A DNA stretch of 64,000 bases from the NCBI RefSeq assembly GCF_006345805.1, contig NC_043008.1:11222001-11286000 (forward strand). The letters run 5' to 3'. Positions 41,811 to 52,760 of this stretch are shown piece after piece. How positions within the stretch are numbered: the first letter of the stretch is position 1; every line of letters starts with the position of its first letter. The notes under the pieces are model-generated. The model ran no database searches, was not told where the DNA came from, and saw only the letters and a program-made list of their open reading frames with translations. Origin of the DNA: Octopus sinensis (Eukaryota). Position numbers and translations under genes: made by a program.

Positions 41811-43238
41811 GGGTTGTTGTGCGTCATCTAAGACGTGGTATGTCGTAGAATGAGTGAGTGAGCTTATGTGAATTAAAAAAAAAAATTCCATACTAGTACA
41901 TTATAAGTAAATTTATATCATGTCCGTAAAGTTTATCAGTTTTTCCAAAATGTTTCGGTTTTGTCTTCGTCATGAAAAAATAAATGTGGCCTATTCTTCT
42001 TGCGCCAGGTAGTATGAAATCGATGATCAATGAAATAATATCCTAAGTGATAACACTGCAGTTTACAGATTGACTATCCTGTAACAATGAATGCGTTTTC
42101 CCTCCCTATAGTGTATCACATATATTTCATCTTTTTTATTTTGACAACGATACCTCTTTCATATCTAAATTAGTATGTGTATATTCTATGGTAGGGTTAA
42201 AAATTAATGTTTTTCAATATAATTTGGTTTGAGGCACTGGTGTATCGCGTGGTGTATATATGAGGATGCCTTGATATTAATGCATGGTTAACCAACGATA
42301 AAGTGTCGTACTTGTGTATTAAATATAACTCATCGCATAATGTCATATATAATTTCCTCTTTAAAGAGAAATGTGTATGATACATTTATTTGCATTATAT
42401 TCTAAGCATTTATAATTTGGTTACGTGCTCATGATCAGGTTTATAATTCTGAAGTGTTATAAATGCCTCTAAATACACATACACACACACAAAACACACA
42501 TGCTCACGCGTGATATATGCATACATATGTATATATGTATGCCATACCCCAGAATTCTAGATATTCAGTTATTATCTGTTGCATCCTATCTCAATACTCT
42601 TTATTCTTTCTGTTCTTTAGAATTCTGACGAATTTCCAGCAAAGAAAACTCTCTACCTTTCCGAGTAGTACCCTGAGCTATTGTCCACCTTTTGTAGTAA
42701 ACGTTCTCGGAATTGAATTCTTTACTGCTATTTTAATGTAAAAAAAAACAGTATGCTCTCACCTGGTCTTACAGAAACACAGTTTAGTTGACTCTTGTTC
42801 TGAGTGTGCATTTGCCTGCCGGTAATTTATCCCATACTTCTACTCCATCACGAGGAGAGAATATTTTACCGTCTAAATTAGATAAATACAACTTACATAT
42901 ATTGTGTCGCAAACGACATATTTCAGGCAGGTGTAAAAAATATTTATATGACCAAAAACAAAAAAATACATGTTAATTTAATAGGTTGTTTTAATTCATA
43001 ACAAAACTTGACATCTCTCATCTACTTTCTATGGTAGGTGAAGGTAAATATAACAAACAACCTTAATCATCAAAAGAATATTGTTAAAACAAAAGTGACT
43101 TAAATATCGATGTCAAGAAATATTGCACCCAAAACTATGTTATTCCGTCTTTTAGAGACGTTGATGATGGCGTATGATTGTATACATACATAAATACATA
43201 CGTACATAGACAAATATATGAAAATGTATAAATATATA

Positions 43239-43288
<50 letters not shown>

Positions 43289-43325
43289 GTGTATATATAT
43301 GTATATATATATGTATATATATATA

Positions 43326-43394
43326 TACTACAGCCTCGGGCCGACCACAGTCTTGTGAGTGGATTTTGTAGACGTATGTATGTATGTATGTATG

Positions 43395-43458
<64 letters not shown>

Positions 43459-43608
43459 TATATATATACATACATACATACGTCTACAAAATCCACTCAC
43501 AAGACTGTGGTCGGCCCGAGGCTGTAGTAGAAGACACTTGCCCAAGGTGCCGCGCAGTCGGACTGAACCCGGAACCATGTGGTTGGTAAGCAAGCTACTT
43601 ACCACACA
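43326..43608 (-). mobile_element. SINE D 5' half (43481-43608) with a 49-bp inverted duplicate (43326-43374)
   Basis: Exact reverse-complement arms around (TA)n. Confidence 0.9.
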
Positions 43609-43859
43609 GTTGACTTATGAAAGTTATATTGCTACACACCTTTCTACAGCATGTATATATGTTTATGTTACAATGTTTATGTTACAAGATTGGCAAGCAG
43701 TATAAATATTATTTCCACATAAAATTGATTTGACCTCTCATGTCTGCATGGCTTCCTAAAATATAAAAAAGAAATAGTTGCGCATGCGTCACTTTTAAGC
43801 TGCGGTGTGTGTGAATTTCTCTGAATTTTTACGAACTCTGTGTTTCACAGAGTTTTGTC

Positions 43860-43965
43860 CACTACTAGAACGCATAACCTTTGGGTGCATTACTAGAATG
43901 CGTAACCTTTGGGTGCACTACTAGAATGCGTAACCTTTGGGTGCACTACTAGAATGCGTAACCCT
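43860..43965. repeat. 28-bp minisatellite, about 3.8 copies (CACTACTAGAATGCGTAACCTTTGGGTG)
   Basis: Units start at 43860, 43888, 43916, 43944. Confidence 0.95.
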
Positions 43966-44434
43966 TCAGCTTCTTACAACTTTCACAGTCTCTGGGATCG
44001 TTTCCATGTACTGGATCTACGTCTATATGTAGGAGATGGGGCTATCCTCTGTATACTGTTTCAGCGATTATTCATCCATTTTGACGTAGAAAAACAATCA
44101 AATTACCAATGGGTTGCGTAAAATCTATTCAATCTATTCGGGTATAGTGAAATCTGGAGCTCGGGTGGCAGTGGTGTCTCGCTATGAATGGGGTTAAGAA
44201 TACATACGAGGAGTAACGCACCAGAAGGATGTATACAAGGTTTTCATGCCATCACAATAATCATTATTCTCGTAAGCATTAATATCACATTCCTTATCAA
44301 TCACATTAATCATCATCTGTGTTTTCCTCATCAAATCTATCAAAATGATGATCATCGTTATTGCCATGAGTGTCACCAACAAAATCAGCAAGGCCATTAT
44401 TGTTGCCGTTGTCTTTCTCCTCTATCGTCTCGGC

Positions 44435-44718
44435 TCTTCTCCTCCTCCTCCTCCTCCTTCTCTTCCTCCTCCTTCCATTCTACCTCCTCCACCCCTCCTC
44501 CTCCTCCTCCTCCTCATCATCATCATCACATCGTCACCATCGTCGTCTTTGTCGTCAGATTCATCATCACCATCACAAAGAACACCACCACCCTCACCAC
44601 TACCATCATCACCACAACCAGCACCACCACCACCGACTCCAGCATCACAAGCTCCATCAGCAGCAGCAGCAGCTTAACCACCACCACCATCATCAACATT
44701 ATCAACGTCATCATCATT

Positions 44719-44761
<43 letters not shown>

Positions 44762-45190
44762 CCACCACAACCACCACTACTACCATCATCATCATTATTA
44801 TCATCACCACCACCACCACTACCATCATCAACGTTATCCTCATCAGCATCATCATCATCATCATCATCACCACCACCACCACCATCATCATCAACATTAT
44901 AATCACCATCAACATCATCACCACCACAACCACCACTACCACCATCATCATCACCACCACCACCACTACCATCATCAACATTATCCTCATCACCATCAAC
45001 ACCATCATCGCTACCACCATCATCATCACCACCACCACCACTACCATCATCAACATTATCCTCATCAGCATCAGCATCATCATCATCATCACCACCATCA
45101 TCAGCATCATCATCATCATCATCATCATCCTCACCACCACCACCACCACCAACAACAACAATAACAACAACACCATCACCATCATAACAA
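44435..45190. repeat. Degenerate trinucleotide array (CCT, then CAT/CAC/CAA)
   Basis: Direct inspection. Confidence 0.95.
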
Positions 45191-45551
45191 TCGGATGAGA
45201 TAAAATTGGTGAAATCGTTCTTCTTGCCAACAATAAATGTGAATCGCAATGAAACTCCTTCTCGTCGGAAGAATTGAATGACATAATGTTGACAGACGTT
45301 AAACGAATTGGTTAATATTATTGCATAACTAATTGTGGGTGTCGCTTATTATACAAATATTGATATTGAAATTCCTTCATTATCTCTTCATTTGTTTATC
45401 AATATAAACCATCGTCAAACACTTATAGGAAGAGAGAGAAATCGACAGCTATCGAATTATCCGATATATATAGAAGTGTGTGTGTGTGTTCCTGTGCGTG
45501 TGTGCATGTGAGGGTGTACATATATATGTATGTGTATACACACACACACAA

Positions 45552-45594
<43 letters not shown>

Positions 45595-45785
45595 CGTATA
45601 TATACGCATACATACACTTGGAAATTGATGCGTGTTGTTCAATCATATAATTACTAATATGTATATATATATCTATACATATATGTACATATATTTATAT
45701 ATATGCATATATATATATGTATATATATAGATGTATATATATTTATCTATGCATATATATGCATATATATATATGTATATATATA

Positions 45786-45816
<31 letters not shown>

Positions 45817-45818
45817 GT

Positions 45819-46021
45819 AGGTCCCGGGTTGATTCGGGGTTAACCACAGTAAATAAGGTACTCAATACATAGTAGAGTAAAATTAATTTATTATATAGAA
45901 GGAGCTTCTACAGGACTAGAACTGTTTCATTCAAGAGAAATCTTCAGGAAGCTTCCTGAAGATTTCTCTTGAATGAAACAGTTCTAGTCCTGTAGAAGCT
46001 CCTTCTATATAATAAATTAAT
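45819..46021. mobile_element. Short Penelope-like insertion containing a 140-bp perfect palindrome (45882-46021)
   Basis: 70-bp arms, no spacer, centre AAG|CTT; unpaired extension 45819-45881; embedded in (TA)n. Confidence 0.75.
45950..46000 (+). ncRNA. Type I hammerhead ribozyme motif (mirror copy on the minus strand, 45903-45953)
   Basis: AGCTTC-CTGAAGA-TTTC/TCTT/GAAT-GAAA-CAG/TTCTAGTC/CTG-TA^-GAAGCT: 6-bp stem I, intact core, 4-bp stem III, GUA site; first stem II pair is U-U. Confidence 0.75.
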
Positions 46022-46119
46022 ATATATATATATATATATATGCATATATATATATAGAAAGATACATATATACGAGTATATATATTATATGTGTTTATAT
46101 GTATATATATGTATATATA

Positions 46120-46168
<49 letters not shown>

Positions 46169-46177
46169 ATATATATA

Positions 46178-46245
<68 letters not shown>

Positions 46246-46523
46246 CCTGTGCGTGTGTGCATGTGAGGTGTACATATATATGTATGTGTATACACACACA
46301 CACAAATACATACATATATATATATATATATCTATATATATATATATCTATACATATATGTACATATATTTATATATATGCATATATATATATGTGTGTG
46401 TATACACACACACACATACATAAATACATAACGGCGCACACACATACATAAAAAGATACGTACATATATATCATCCACGTGCATATATATCATACAATGG
46501 AGAAGATGAGTAATGAATTTGTT

Positions 46524-46642
46524 CTAATTACAATCGTTTCGGTAACACTCCGTCTCTCATGCCACTGCACATAAATGATTTTATGTGAAAAGTGAAGTAA
46601 CATTTGCAGTTGATTACATCGGAGCGGCACTTCATCAGACTG
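46524..46642 (-). ncRNA. Candidate type I hammerhead with a long stem II insertion
   Basis: CAGT-CTGATGA-AGTGCCGCTCCG...CGGAGTGTTACC-GAAA-C/GATT/G-TA^-ATT; 10 of 12 basal stem II positions pair; stem I weak. Confidence 0.55.
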
Positions 46643-47096
46643 ACGTCAAGACGGGCTCTCTCTCTACATTCTCTAAGAACAAAATAAAATATGCATGAGG
46701 GAAAGTAATTTTCCTTTGCTGAATTATATTAATTGCTACTCTACGGAATTATTTACACATCAATTTTACCGATGATGATGTACCGAAAATTTTCTGTAGT
46801 AGCAAAATTTGTAATTTCATCAAATTTCCCATAGCAAAATGTCGATAGGCACCATGTCGAAAGCAACGGTACACTGGGAAACCACACACACACACAGACA
46901 CACATACACACAGACACACACAGAGGCATACACACACGCACACACAAACACGTGCACATACACATACACGCACGCTCACACACGCACAAACACACATACG
47001 CGCACACACACACACATATATATACACACATACACGCGAACACATACATATTTACATACATATTGTATATACGCACTTTCAATTTTATAAATGTTG

Positions 47097-47137
<41 letters not shown>

Positions 47138-47654
47138 ATATAGACATATATATATACATACATACATTCATTCATATATATATATGTGTGTGTGTGTGTG
47201 TGTCTTCACGCATTTGTTCATTTTAGTAAAACTGTAACCGTGTTCTTTATGGTAGATACTACTGTATGTTTCCATGGTTTGCGCAAACTTTACAAAATAA
47301 ATTTGAAACATGTTTTCGATATGCTAATAATTTGTCGTATAATATACATTCTTTATAGAATTGGTTTTACATCAGTCATGCTTTGCTGGCCATCTTTTCG
47401 TATGTCCTCCAGTTTTTAAAAGATTTTTGTTGCACACGAATAATATATGGATATCTATTGTTGAATCTTATAACATGTGCATAACATATTAAGAGAAAGT
47501 CGAATTATTGTACACAGTTACGATGATGTATGCTGTATGTACGTGAGGAGATGGGTGTCTATATGTACGTATCTACATAGCTATTAGTAAAGATGTATGT
47601 ATGTATGTATGCTATGTACGCATGCTATGTATGTATGTGCATATATATATATAG

Positions 47655-47870
47655 TTAATCCACACAAGAAAACACAAAGAGAAAACACAACAACGCGAGG
47701 ACGTGGAACAAGTAGAGTGTTATTGGACGCCCAGGAAAGGAGAGAAAGGAGGAGAATTTAACGTTTCGAGCGGAGCTCTTCGTCAGAAACATAGAAAAAA
47801 GGAAACATCCAAGGAAGGAAAGACGGAGGAAAAAAATCGCCAACGGTACACGCGCGGTCACATTATATAT
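47655..47870 (-). mobile_element. Short Penelope-pLTR-like element with a minimal hammerhead (47756-47790)
   Basis: GTTT-CTGACGA-A-GAGC/TCC/GCTC-GAAA-CGTT^-AAAT; flanked on both sides by (TA)n. Confidence 0.65.
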
Positions 47871-47884
47871 ATATATAAGCAACA

Positions 47885-48210
47885 ATAAGAGATTTATTGT
47901 TGATTGTTTACACGTTTTCGAAATTAGTGGCTTTTCGTCACTGGAAAAAGGATATGTATTTGCAAGGGGAACCCACTTTTCATCGACAATCGGTGATTGT
48001 CACACACTGATGATGGGTCAATACCCAGAAACTCGAATCCGTGTGTATCATAAAAGTTGAAGATGGGAAGGATGGCTTCTTTTTGCAAATACTGAAATGG
48101 CACAGAAAGTGTGCCAATAGCCAGCTGGAGGATGTGTCCTCTTGGGGCTACAAGCTATAGTAGCATCCACCCTTAAGGACTAGCCACATTTAAGTGACAA
48201 ATATACTTCA
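47885..48210 (+). mobile_element. Short Penelope-pLTR-like element with a hammerhead motif (48001-48045)
   Basis: CACAC-A-CTGATGA-TGGGT/CAAT/ACCCA-GAAA-C-TCGA-A-TC^-C-GTGTG. Confidence 0.65.
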
Positions 48211-48221
48211 CGATATATATA

Positions 48222-48421
48222 TAAACACACCAGCATCGGCTGTCAAGCGATGCCGGGGGGACAAACACAGGCACACAAACACACACACATATATATACAT
48301 ACATATATACGACGGGCTTCTTTCAGTTTCCGTCCACCAAATACACTCACAAGGCTTTGGTCGGTCCGAGGCTATAGTAGAAGACACGTGCCGAAGGTGC
48401 CACGTAGTGGGACTGAACCCG
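48222..48421 (-). mobile_element. SINE group D, central part
   Basis: Matches 37610-37825. Confidence 0.85.
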
Positions 48422-48467
48422 AATTGTTATTATTATTGTAAGTAAATCGTCGAGTTGGCAGAATGTC

Positions 48468-48688
48468 AGAGCAATGACCAAAATGAACCAAGACCACTTG
48501 ATTTAAATCTCATATAGAAGCGGTTGTTCAAGCTGAAGGTGGATTTATTGAATAAAATAGAAAAGAAGGTTTATTTTTATCCTCATAGCATTTTTTGATA
48601 AAGAAATTTAGTATTTGTTATTGTATATTTTTTCCTTTTCTTTTATTGATAGACATAAATATGTCCTCAAATATCTTACGCACCTGTA
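48468..48688 (+). mobile_element. Tc1/mariner-superfamily (maT/DD37D-like) 3' end
   Basis: RAMTKMNQDHLI...IEAVVQAEGGFIE*; terminus CTTACGCACCTG-TA. Confidence 0.65.
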
Positions 48689-49264
48689 GCTTCGAGCAAT
48701 TTATAAAATACAGAAGCGAGTGTAAAAACAGGAAAGTAAGAGTTCATGGTAGTTCTTCACAGATAGGAATAAATCCTGGAAGTTCATACTCTAACATCAC
48801 AGATAAAAGAGAGAACCATCAGAGGAGTATTACGTAGTATGTGTTCATATTTAGGTAGGTTGGTAGTTAGGTATCTAGAGATTTATATTCGAATTTTACA
48901 ACAGACAGATAAATTGTCCTTGCCGGCAATTACAGTCACAAGGTGCAATTGATGACTTTTTGTCTTCTGGTAAACGAGACCGTAATATTTGATTACCCTT
49001 AGAAGAAATAATCGCAGCTGCTCTTAGAAATATAAGAGTAATTAATATTTAAAACCCAAGTTATGATAACATTTATTGCGCAACGACAAACGAAGGCATC
49101 GTTCGAATCAGAACGCAGCAGCTGATTTTATTGTAAAGAAGGCTCTTCAACAATTTGCAGATATATATAATTTTCAGATATAGAGAAATTGATGCCAATT
49201 GACCGCACGCTCTGGAAAAGTAAACCGAGTCTTCAGCAAGATTAATATTTCACTTTCAGAGTAT

Positions 49265-49547
49265 GTTGTTCCTTCTCGAGCCACTCCTGGCTCATAAAGG
49301 CCGGTTACCCGATTTCCAAAGCGTACAGATCCCCCACCGTCGCAGGTGAGCTGCAAGATGCAGGAGGAAAGATTGAGAGAAAGTTGTGGCAAAAGAGTCA
49401 GCAGAAGTTCGCTATTACCTTCTGCCGGAGCCACGCGGAGCTTAGGTGTTTCGCTCATAAACACACACATCGCCCGGTCTGAGATTCGAACCCGCGATCC
49501 CTCGACCGCGAATCCGCTGCTTTAACCACTAGGCCATATGCCTCCAC
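49265..49547 (-). mobile_element. SINE with B-type head/body and C-type tail
   Basis: Head/body aligns to B; tail CTGCGACGG...GAAATCGGGTAACCGGCCTTTATGAGCC resembles the C tail; degenerate TSD ACTTT(C/G)AGAG(T/C)ATG. Confidence 0.8.
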
Positions 49548-50311
49548 TACTTTGAGAGCATGCATTTATTGTAAACACTTTCGACTGGAAACCTGAGATG
49601 TCAAATCGTTGTTGAACTACGCTATCTTTCTGTTCTGTAATTCTAAACCATCCAATAACTGTTAAAATAATCCTGTTAGTTTTCTTAAAGCTAATTCTAC
49701 AGCAAGTTCTAATGAAAACAAATGGAATTAGATCTTGTGTGATTCTCCCCAAAGAACAGAGAATAGACAATAAGAACGAGCTTCGATTACTATGATTTAT
49801 TCAGAAATCTTCAAATGACGTTAATCTCGGCAAAGCCCAATGTCACGGGTTTTAGATCACGTTTGGCCCTAATTGTTTCATACTTCAACTGCTGTGACAA
49901 GAAATGAATACAGACGCATAAATGAGTATATGCCTACTCATAAATATGTACGTACGTAAGGGCGCGTGTATGTGTGCTTCTGTATCTTCACAATATTGAT
50001 CATCATCATCATCATCATCATCATCCTAAGTAGTTCTCCTCATCTACGCAGGGGGTAGCTAGTCAGGATGATGATGATGTTGATGATGATGATGACAATG
50101 AGCATGATGAGGATACACAAGTCCTCAAAAGTATACGCACGCACATATATACACATATATGTGCCTATATTTATGTGTATGTATTAAGCACACACACACA
50201 TGTGTATGCGTGTGTGACTCAGTTTTTGTCTTTGTGTGTATATGTGAGTGTTGTTATATGTATATATACATATGCCTATACGTTTATATTGCGTAGTTAT
50301 AGAAACACCTT

Positions 50312-50630
50312 GTGAAGGTGTGTGGCTTAGTGGTTAGGTCATTCGGCTCACGATTGTAAGGTCGTGAGATCGATTCCCGGCGACGCGTTGTGTGCTTGAG
50401 CAAGACACTTTATTTCATGTTGCTCCAGTCCACTCAGCTGGCAAAAATGAGTTGTACCTGTATTTCAAAGGGCCAGCCTTGTCACACTCTGCGTCACGCT
50501 GAATCTCCCTCAGAACTACGTTAGGGGTAAACGTGTCTGTGGAGTTCTCAGTCACTTGCACGTTAATTTCACAAGAAGGCTGTTCCGTTGATCGTATCAG
50601 CTGGGACCCTCATCGTCGTAACCGACGGAG
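50312..50630 (+). mobile_element. SINE with C-type head/body and B-type tail
   Basis: ...CTCAGCTGGCAAAAATGAG (C) joined to TTGTACCTGTATTTCAAAGGGCC...CGTAACCGACGGAG (B). Confidence 0.85.
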
Positions 50631-52379
50631 TTATCTCCTTTAGAAATACGAAGTAGAAGTCTTTGAGGTTCTCGTGGCTTTAGTATTAGCAGAATTTATT
50701 ACAAAGAGTAACAAGTACAAATGTTAATCAGGTGTTTTCTTCTAAATTTCAATATTTCCATTGTTTATTAATTTTCATATTTGGTGTCCAGTGCAATTAT
50801 AGGAACATTCTATCACAATTTTATAATTTAAATTGTTTTGTGCAGATATATATTCCTACGGAGTCTGTGCGTTGTTTGCGCAGTGCAGTTGTTATAGATC
50901 TGCCGTCTGTTTTTCAATAATACGGTTTCCTCTCACGGCGAGATCTAATTATCTTTTTTTTTAAACGAAATATAGTTTTATATTTCACTACTTCAGTGAA
51001 ATTAAAATTCAAGTAAACAGAAAAAAAAAGTATTTAGTTAAAATATTATTAAGCAAAGTAACAGAATATGAGAAGAGGAAAAATAGTTTTGAGCATTCAT
51101 ATTCTGTAATCAGAATTTCAATAGCTAAATATTTTTGCTTTTGTTTTCATTACAGTGTGTCACATTCAAACATGGTGTGATATTTGTAATATTAGTGTTT
51201 AAGTGTAAACATCAGCTGCTATAATATAATTATCTGATCTAACAATTTCAAAGTTTATCTAAGAGAATTACGAAGTTAATAAATATAAACAAATGAATAT
51301 ATCACTATATTATAACACATAAAATTTGGTAAATTACAATCACTTCCTTATTTTTCCAATTAATTCTATAAACCGTATCTCCAAATGATTCACAATAGAA
51401 AAAAAACAAAAAACCTTTGTTTATTTGTTGCGTCAATTTTTCTTATTTTGCATTCATTTTATTTCTTTAATTACAAATATTAATCCATCAGAAACATCAT
51501 AACTGTGAAATTAAACTATTTTCTTTTTTAGTAATTTTCTAATTTCACAGATTTTGATCTATTTTTATTTATATTTATATTTATTTATTTTTCATCTCGA
51601 CGTTTATTCCTTTAATACTTCGGAATATTTCTTATTTGTTTTCTGAGCAAAATAATTCTCGGTTTCTATTGATTAAACGCAACGTAGCGTACAGTCCAAT
51701 TATTTATGTCCTATTAAGTAATTCCTCAGAGATTAAGCAACCGTACATATACAAACACATTTAGACACGCCCACAAACACTCTTATTTACATATACACAT
51801 AGATGCGTGTATGCAGATGCTCTCACAAAACACATATCCACAACAGTAATAAATAATTACAGTAAATCTCATTATTTTAATAAATAACATTGACTTTCAG
51901 GTTTACAGGTTTGGGAAGAACTCTCTAATGATAATGTAAAAAATATTGTAATATGTAAATTAATTGTAAAACATGTTAGTTTCCTAATGCTTGTATATAT
52001 TATCTCTTCCTTCTCTCTTTCCTGCCCCCTTTCTCTATCTCGTTTGTCTTGTTTGCTTAAATTAGTAAATAAGTTTGTAGAAACGGTGATGTAAATTTAT
52101 AATATTCGCTTTCATGGCTTTGATAATTTTACACAGAAATGTATATACTTATCTACAGTCGAGAAGTGAGAGCTAGAGATGTGCAATATAGAAAACACGT
52201 ATATCTATATTTATATACATGTATAAATACATACGCATGCGCACACACGTGTAAGCATGCGTGTAGTCTACAGATGAATGAGCGTTTATATATATATATA
52301 TATAAATATATGTGTGTGTGTGTGTGTGTAAAGTTGTTACATACACATAGACACATACCTTCTCTCGCCCTTCTGAACA

Positions 52380-52760
52380 CACTTTCTTCCCAAGCCTACG
52401 TCCCTTCCAAGAGAAACAACACACCTATTCCTTCCCCCTACACTCCAGAGCCCGGAACCTCATCGCCAACCATTTATTTTCCCCTTGAATTTCACAAACC
52501 TCTCAAACCATGCCGACCCATTGTTTCCGCCTGTAAGCGTCACATTCAATTTATTTCTGCCTCTCTTTTATCATCCTCCCGTCCGTGGCATGTTCACGTC
52601 CCTCTCACATCTGTTACGCCAAACGTGTGTAATTCCTTCCATTATCTTTCTACCTGGCAATTTCAGCACTCTTTTCTCCATAGACATCAACTCTTAGTAT
52701 TCTGTCATCTCTCCTGGAGAAGGCTTCCACTCTGCTCGCCACTTCTATAACTCGACATAA
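52380..52760 (+). mobile_element. Degraded Penelope-like reverse-transcriptase fragment (possible further remnants to about 54950)
   Basis: PTIYFPLEFHKPLKPCRPIVSAC and LFSIDINS match the PLE RT motifs Y.LPKIHK...P.RPIVS and LFTMDV.SLY. Confidence 0.7.

Noticed and set aside
43860-43965. CRISPR-like 28-bp repeats
   Set aside because: Directly tandem, no spacers, no cas genes, eukaryotic context
44188-45284. Long His-rich, Ile/Thr-rich and Asp/Gly-rich ORFs
   Set aside because: Trinucleotide array open in most frames on both strands; no domain or splice evidence
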